A DNA stretch of 64,000 nt from an uncultured Verrucomicrobiae bacterium (GTDB lineage Bacteria > Verrucomicrobiota > Verrucomicrobiia > Chthoniobacterales > JAATET01). The stretch's first letter is position 1; each line of letters opens with the position of its first letter. Positions 59,270 to 64,000 of the stretch are shown one piece after another. Below the pieces are notes generated by a model. It was not told where the DNA came from, searched no databases, and saw only the letters and a list, made by a program, of their open reading frames with translations. The stretch is taken from the NCBI GenBank assembly GCA_963719495.1, contig CAVRCI010000004.1, positions 310,620 to 374,619 on the forward strand, given 5' to 3'. A program made the translations under genes and the position numbers.

Positions 59270-59830
59270 TCATGAGAGTTCGAGTTGGAGTTCGTCGGCG
59301 CGGTGGCCTTCGTCGAGGGAGCCTCGGACGAAGCGGACGATCTCGGTCCGGAGGCCGTCGCAGTCGCGGCGCCAGATTTTCGCCGAGCGGAGGAGTTTGA
59401 CGCAGGGGGTGAGGTCGCGGAGTTCGGCCTGGAGGGTATTTGAGTCGACAATCTCGCGGAGGCGGTCGCGGAGGAGGTGGAAGAAGGTGAGTTCGTAGCC
59501 GGTGCCGGCTTCGTGGGCGAGGGCGGCGAGGGAAAAGCGGACGGGAGGCGGGAGGGGCTCGAAGTGGGCGGCGACGTCGGCGTAGCCGATGACTTGGAGG
59601 ACGGACTGGACGGCGGTGCGGAGCCGGGAGAGGTCGACGGTGGTGTCGGTGAAGTCGGTTTCGAGGTAGGCGACGACGGATTCGGTGACGTGCCCGGCGA
59701 GCCACCAGCGTTCGTAACCGGCCTGGGCGGCGGCACGGGCGAGACCGCGGGCGAGCCAGGAATTCTCGAAGGCGATGACCTGGCCGTCGTCGAAGCGGAC
59801 GAGTGGGAGGTTGTCCTTGAAGGCGATCAT
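59270..59830 (-). CDS. Hypothetical protein directly downstream of nrdR
   Basis: 186 aa, host-like codon use, starts 4 nt after the nrdR stop. Confidence 0.75.
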   Translation of the reverse strand: MIAFKDNLPLVRFDDGQVIAFENSWLARGLARAAAQAGYERWWLAGHVTESVVAYLETDFTDTTVDLSRLRTAVQSVLQVIGYADVAAHFEPLPPPVRFSLAALAHEAGTGYELTFFHLLRDRLREIVDSNTLQAELRDLTPCVKLLRSAKIWRRDCDGLRTEIVRFVRGSLDEGHRADELQLELS

Positions 59831-59834
59831 GGGA

Positions 59835-60326
59835 TCACGCGGGGAAGAGGTCGGGCTGGTCGGGGGCTTTGACGCTGCGCTGCTCGAAGGATTGGATCTC
59901 GTCGATGAAGTCGCCGATTTCCTGAAATTCCCGGTAGACGCTGGCATAGCGGACGTAGGCGACGGGATCGAGTTCGTGGAGCTTCTGCATGACGCGCATG
60001 CCGACCTGACGGGTGTCGACTTCGCGCTGCTGGGCGGCTTCGAATTCCGTGAGGATGGCCTCGGCGGAGCGCTCGATGACGTCGATGCTGATGGGGCGTT
60101 TTTCGCAGGCTTTGAGGAAGCTGTTGAGGAGCTTGTGGCGGTCGAAGGGCTCGTGGCGGCCGTCGCGTTTGACGACGCGGAGCTCGACGCGCTCGATTTC
60201 CTCGTAGGTCGTGAAGCGGGCGTCGCAGTCGATGCATTCGCGGCGGCGGCGGATGGACGACCCTTCCTTGGAGAGGCGGGAATCGATCACCTTGTCTTCC
60301 AAGGAACCGCATTTGGGACAACGCAT
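59835..60326 (-). CDS. nrdR: Transcriptional repressor NrdR
   Basis: MRCPKC...VIDSR...IRRRREC..C..RFTTYE; ATP cone; VAYVRYASVYREF. Confidence 0.98.
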   Translation of the reverse strand: MRCPKCGSLEDKVIDSRLSKEGSSIRRRRECIDCDARFTTYEEIERVELRVVKRDGRHEPFDRHKLLNSFLKACEKRPISIDVIERSAEAILTEFEAAQQREVDTRQVGMRVMQKLHELDPVAYVRYASVYREFQEIGDFIDEIQSFEQRSVKAPDQPDLFPA

Positions 60327-60357
60327 TGTGGGTGAGGACGAACTCGGAGGCAAACTG

Positions 60358-60373
60358 ACACAACAGGTTGTGG
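60358..60373. promoter_or_regulatory. Candidate NrdR box ACACAACAGGTTGTGG
   Basis: 16-bp site with CACAAC/GTTGTG symmetry about 30 bp upstream of nrdR. Confidence 0.6.
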
Positions 60374-60477
60374 TAGCAAGTCATTTCAAATTTTGAAATT
60401 TGAAAGTGGCGGGTTCGGCTGTAGCTGTCGCTTGGCTTCCGTGCCGCCAACCGACAAGAGCAACACCAACCGCTCTT

Positions 60478-61110
60478 CATCTGGAAACCGCCATCGTCAT
60501 CGGCCTTTTGGTCATCGGGATCGTTCTCTTCGCCCGTGAGACTTTTTCGGTCGACGTGGTCACCTTGCTCCCGTTGTTGGGCCTGCTTTTCTGCAGCATC
60601 CTGCCCCCCCCGCGGACGCGTTTGCCGACTTTAGGTCCGACATCATCATCCTCGCGTCAATCTTCGTCATTAGCGGTGCCTTGCAGGCGACGGGAATACT
60701 TACCGTCGTCGGAGGGTGGCTGATCCCGGACCGGGTGACTGCGAACCGGACCGACGACTACGAGTTGAGAGAGTTTTTGAGCGAGATCACGGTCGAGCCA
60801 GACTCCCCGCTGACTGGCCAGGACTCGTTCGAATCCGATCTGAGCTTGTTCAGCTTCCGGGTGCTCCGGATCTTCCGCGGCGTCGACAGCTTCGAGCACT
60901 CGGTCCCCATTGAGGCGGGCGATCGGATTTTCCTGGAAGGCCGAGCTGATAATTTGCCGATCATTTACCGAAAAACCGGGAGATCGAAGGGATCTCCATC
61001 GGCCCGGACCGCTCTTTGGGGGAGATCGAATCCGGCGAAATGGGCGTCGCCCATTGGAAGACTTACGCTTCGCGCGGTGGCGTTCGAACTGCGTTCTCAT
61101 CCCACCATCC
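60478..61110 (+). pseudogene. SLC13/TrkA-C domain transporter relic (frameshifts and internal deletion)
   Basis: LFARETFSVDVVTL; ...FVISGALQATGI; then jumps to DYELREFLSEITVEPDSPL.G...GDRIFLEG. Confidence 0.8.
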
Positions 61111-61216
61111 GTCGGGCTGGCGGGCTCGACTCGGCGGAGCCCGAGTCCCCGCGAGGTGGGCTTCGTCTCGGTGGGACTGACGCGCTTCGCGCGGTGGCTC
61201 TTTCGGCGGAAAACAG

Positions 61217-62494
61217 GTGCGGAAAAGTCTTGAGACCTCCGAAGAAGGCCGGGCCATCGAGCGAGCGGCCGAGGTTCGGGAAAACCATGGTCGTCGAGTT
61301 GGTCACAGTGATGGTTGGGAGAAATCAATCGCAAGATATCTCGTAGAAAAGCAGCGCCCACAGCGACCTCCAGGTTTCAAGGGAACGTGGCGAACATTCA
61401 GGCCGAAGACTGCTGCGTCCGTAGGATATGCGCTGCGTCCGTTTGCCAAATGGACCGGGACGCGATCAGCAGGGGAGGTGACTACCGGGCATCTGGAACA
61501 ATATCTTGCTCTACACAGCAAGCGGTCGAAGGCCGGCGGGAAAACGACAATTGCGACGATTCAGGCATTTCTCACGCATTTGGGCTGCTCCCCTGGTAAG
61601 ATTCAGCTTCCTGCCGCTCGCGAACTGGAATCTCGGAAGCTAGTCTATTCAGTGTCCGAGTCGAACGAGTTCATTCGAGGCACGGAAAACTTCACCCGGC
61701 TTGGGCGGGCTGGCGCTGGTGCGCCTCGGTCCGAACGCTCTCTTGCGATCGAAGAGGACCTCAATCTGAAGACGCGATTCGTCTTAACGTGTGGCTTTTG
61801 GGCTGGATTGCGCTCGAATGAAATCCGCCACGCAAAACCGAGTTGGTTTCGTCTGAACAGCGGTATCCTCCGCGTCCCGGCCAAAGATGAGCTTTTTGAG
61901 TCGAAAGATGGTGAGAGCCGCGAAATCCCGCTCTCGGCGGAATTTGTTTCGTTTCTCCGAGGATACCTCAAAGGCAAGCCCAGCACGGAGTTTATCCTCA
62001 AGAGCAGAAAAAGCCAAAAATCTCGGGATGGAACTTACGATTTCAAGCGGCCGGTTGGCGACTACATGTCTGGAATCGGTCATCCCGAGTTCTACCCCCA
62101 TGCGATGCGGCACAGCTGGATCACGGAACTCGTAAATAGTGGGAATCACACCCTTCAAGAAGTGGCGGCGTGGAGCGGTGATAATCTCGAAACGATTGAG
62201 AGTAACTATTGGAAGAAGAGGGTTGTTGCTGGGTCAATCGACGCAACGTTGCGCGGAGAGCGAAATCAAGAAAAACAGGCTCAACAAATCGAGGATATGG
62301 TAGGAAAACTAGGGGAGTTGCTGGAGGCGAGCAAAGGACCCAAACGCGTCAAAGCTCTTCAGAAGATCAGTGAATTCGTTAAGCGGCATGACTCGAGTTT
62401 GGGAGAGCTACTTCCGACCGTTGGAAGTTCGCGCCGATCATCAAACGACAATAATACGCGAACGGTATGGGCTCGTGCCAAGGCTGAGCGATGA
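61217..62494 (+). CDS. Tyrosine recombinase/integrase (N-terminus possibly clipped)
   Basis: AGLRSNEI (R), ESKDG..R.IPL (K), HAMRHSW (HxxR), WSGD...ESNY (Y). Confidence 0.9.
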   Translation: MRKSLETSEEGRAIERAAEVRENHGRRVGHSDGWEKSIARYLVEKQRPQRPPGFKGTWRTFRPKTAASVGYALRPFAKWTGTRSAGEVTTGHLEQYLALHSKRSKAGGKTTIATIQAFLTHLGCSPGKIQLPAARELESRKLVYSVSESNEFIRGTENFTRLGRAGAGAPRSERSLAIEEDLNLKTRFVLTCGFWAGLRSNEIRHAKPSWFRLNSGILRVPAKDELFESKDGESREIPLSAEFVSFLRGYLKGKPSTEFILKSRKSQKSRDGTYDFKRPVGDYMSGIGHPEFYPHAMRHSWITELVNSGNHTLQEVAAWSGDNLETIESNYWKKRVVAGSIDATLRGERNQEKQAQQIEDMVGKLGELLEASKGPKRVKALQKISEFVKRHDSSLGELLPTVGSSRRSSNDNNTRTVWARAKAER

Positions 62495-62500
62495 TGCATC

Positions 62501-62544
62501 GGGCGGCAGCTTGGTTTGAACTAACGACCTTCAGGTTATGAGCC
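62501..62544 (-). other. Degenerate 3' half of tRNA-Met(CAT), probable att-site remnant
   Basis: Minus strand reads GGCTCATAACCTGAAGGTCGTTAGTTCAAACC..., i.e. anticodon arm and T arm of an initiator-type tRNA; no 5' half. Confidence 0.75.
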
Positions 62545-62663
62545 GAGTAAGTTGCTCTCTGTGAGTAGCTTATAAATGATTGTCTCTGTATTCGCGACCG
62601 CGCATCGTGAGCATGTTGCGCATGATGGAAGTCCCCCGAAAAAACGGAGAGGTGGAGCGCAGG

Positions 62664-63533
62664 TTAGTTTAGGTTATGTTTTTGGGTTGTAGAGAGTGAG
62701 TTGAGGAAAGCGAGCGGAGATTGAAAGCCGATGGCGGTGTGGATGCGCTTGCGGTTGTAGAAGGACTCGATGTAGTCGAAGACGGCGGTTCTCGCCACGG
62801 CCTTTGATTCGAAGGGTTGGCTATCGGGGATGAGTTCGCTTTTAAGGGAAGCGAAGGCGCTCTCTGCGAAAGCGTTGTCATAGCAGTAGCCTCGGTCGCT
62901 CATGCTCTGTCGGAAATGATTGCGTGCGAGGAGTTCTCGGGTGGAGCTGGCGCTGTATTGGCATCCTTGATCGGAGTGGAAGATGGCATCGAAGGGAATT
63001 AGGTCGGTTTGCAGAGCTTGTCGCAAGGAGTCGCTGACGATGGTGGCGTGGAGGCTGTCGGCGATCTTCCACCCCAGTATGGCCCGGGAGAAGAGGTCGA
63101 TAACGACAGCGAGATAGAGCCAACCTTCGCGGGTCGGGATGTAGGTGATATCGCTGACAAGATGGGTGCCGACGGCGGAAGGAGGGCACTGCTCCTTGGC
63201 CAGCCGGTTGGGTGAAGGGTGGGCACGATGATCGGGCTGGGTCGTGCGCGGGCGGTAGGGACGCCTGGGGCGGGCTTGCAACCCAGCTTGGCGCATGAGC
63301 CTGGCGACGCGATTCTCCGAGGCGTCGAGGCCCCTCGCCCGGAGTTCGTGACGCATGCGAGGACTGCCGTAAGAGTGGGTGTGACGATGGGCATGGATGG
63401 AGGTCATTTCTTGAATGAGTTTGGTGTTCTCGATCTCACGCGGGCTGCTCGGACGTTTTCGGGCGGCATGGTAGCCGCTGGACGACACGTCCAGCGCCCG
63501 GCAGAGTTCGGTGATGGAGTAATCTTTCCGCAT
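62664..63533 (-). CDS. IS3 OrfB (DDE transposase domain)
   Basis: YGSPRM, SDITYIPTREGWLYLA.VIDLFSR, FHSDQGCQY, CYDNAFAES.F.SLKSE. Confidence 0.95.
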   Translation of the reverse strand: MRKDYSITELCRALDVSSSGYHAARKRPSSPREIENTKLIQEMTSIHAHRHTHSYGSPRMRHELRARGLDASENRVARLMRQAGLQARPRRPYRPRTTQPDHRAHPSPNRLAKEQCPPSAVGTHLVSDITYIPTREGWLYLAVVIDLFSRAILGWKIADSLHATIVSDSLRQALQTDLIPFDAIFHSDQGCQYSASSTRELLARNHFRQSMSDRGYCYDNAFAESAFASLKSELIPDSQPFESKAVARTAVFDYIESFYNRKRIHTAIGFQSPLAFLNSLSTTQKHNLN

Positions 63534-63572
63534 CGATTCAATCAGCGCATACCGCTCTGCGGATCCTCCGAG

Positions 63573-63636
63573 AATCGACCGCAGGGAGATAGACTATCCG
63601 CAGGATAGCCCCGAAGGGGTGAGGCGAAGCCGAATC
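63573..63636. mobile_element. 64-bp structured insert within the IS3 orfA/orfB overlap
   Basis: Hairpins CTATCC-GCA-GGATAG and CCCC-GAA-GGGG; AAT repeated at the junctions; removing it restores the -1 fusion frame. Confidence 0.75.
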
Positions 63637-63938
63637 AATATGCTCATTGCTTTTTTTAAGATCTCTCGCTGGCGGCGAAGGTAATCGACTTCTTTCTGAA
63701 GGCGGCGGATCTCCCCCGCCGCGTCGGCAACGGGGGCTCCGCTCCGGCCTTTCGACTCCGTCGATGCGGCCTGCGCTACGCACCCATTGCCGAGTGCCCT
63801 GTCCCGCCAAGTTCGCAACGAGTTGGCCGATATGCCCAGATCGGCCGCCACCCGCTTGAGCGGACGACCGCTGCTCAGCAGCATGTTTACTGCTTCCTGA
63901 CGGAAGTCCTTGTCATAGATTCGATGTGTTTTCCGCAT
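63594..63938 (-). CDS. IS3 OrfA (HTH)
   Basis: YDKDFRQEAV...VAADLGIS..SLRTW...EIRRLQKE...REILKKA. Confidence 0.93.
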   Translation of the reverse strand: MRKTHRIYDKDFRQEAVNMLLSSGRPLKRVAADLGISANSLRTWRDRALGNGCVAQAASTESKGRSGAPVADAAGEIRRLQKEVDYLRRQREILKKAMSILIRLRLTPSGLSCG

Positions 63939-64000
63939 ATTGCAGTTCCTTTCTCAAAGGTCTGCGCACTGCCTGTCCACTGATTCGGGGGAACTTCATT

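Larger units (their letters stand above)
62626..63998 (-). mobile_element. IS3-family insertion sequence
   Basis: TG...CA ends with imperfect IRs (TGGAAGTCCCCCGAA / TGAAGTTCCCCCGAA); orfA, orfB and AAAAAAG slippery site near 63650-63657. Confidence 0.95.

Noticed and set aside
1..64000. CRISPR array, cas genes, reverse transcriptase, rRNA or intact tRNA
   Set aside because: No regularly spaced repeat-spacer series and no recognisable motifs; the only tRNA-like sequence is a partial remnant.

Overview
GC-rich bacterial chromosome segment. PEP-CTERM proteins, the LacI type, the purA variant and the intergenic repeat families suggest Verrucomicrobiota (inference). Most of the window is core genome: dxr, cdsA, nagZ, nadD, rsfS, cinA, recD2, dnaB, rplI, coaX, two pilT-family ATPases, purA, guaB, lepA, lipA, nrdR and others. 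There are three accessory zones. (1) Left end: 3' part of an IS110/IS1111 element with a ~300-bp non-coding tail (bridge-RNA candidate), surface proteins and a resB pseudogene. (2) 17.5-30.0 kb: an integrase-free island between the convergent di-heme oxidoreductase (DHOR) and nagZ genes. It holds repeated, progressively decayed copies of the 3' ends of both flanking genes, two near-identical 88-bp elements with 19-bp terminal inverted repeats, long palindromes, a truncated Rhs gene with partner genes, a LacI/BNR-4 pair and PEP-CTERM genes. (3) Right end: a transporter pseudogene, a tyrosine integrase beside a tRNA-Met 3' remnant, and an IS3 whose OrfAB frame is broken by a 64-bp structured insert. 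No CRISPR array, rRNA or intact tRNA was seen. All calls come from reading motifs by eye; no database searches were run.
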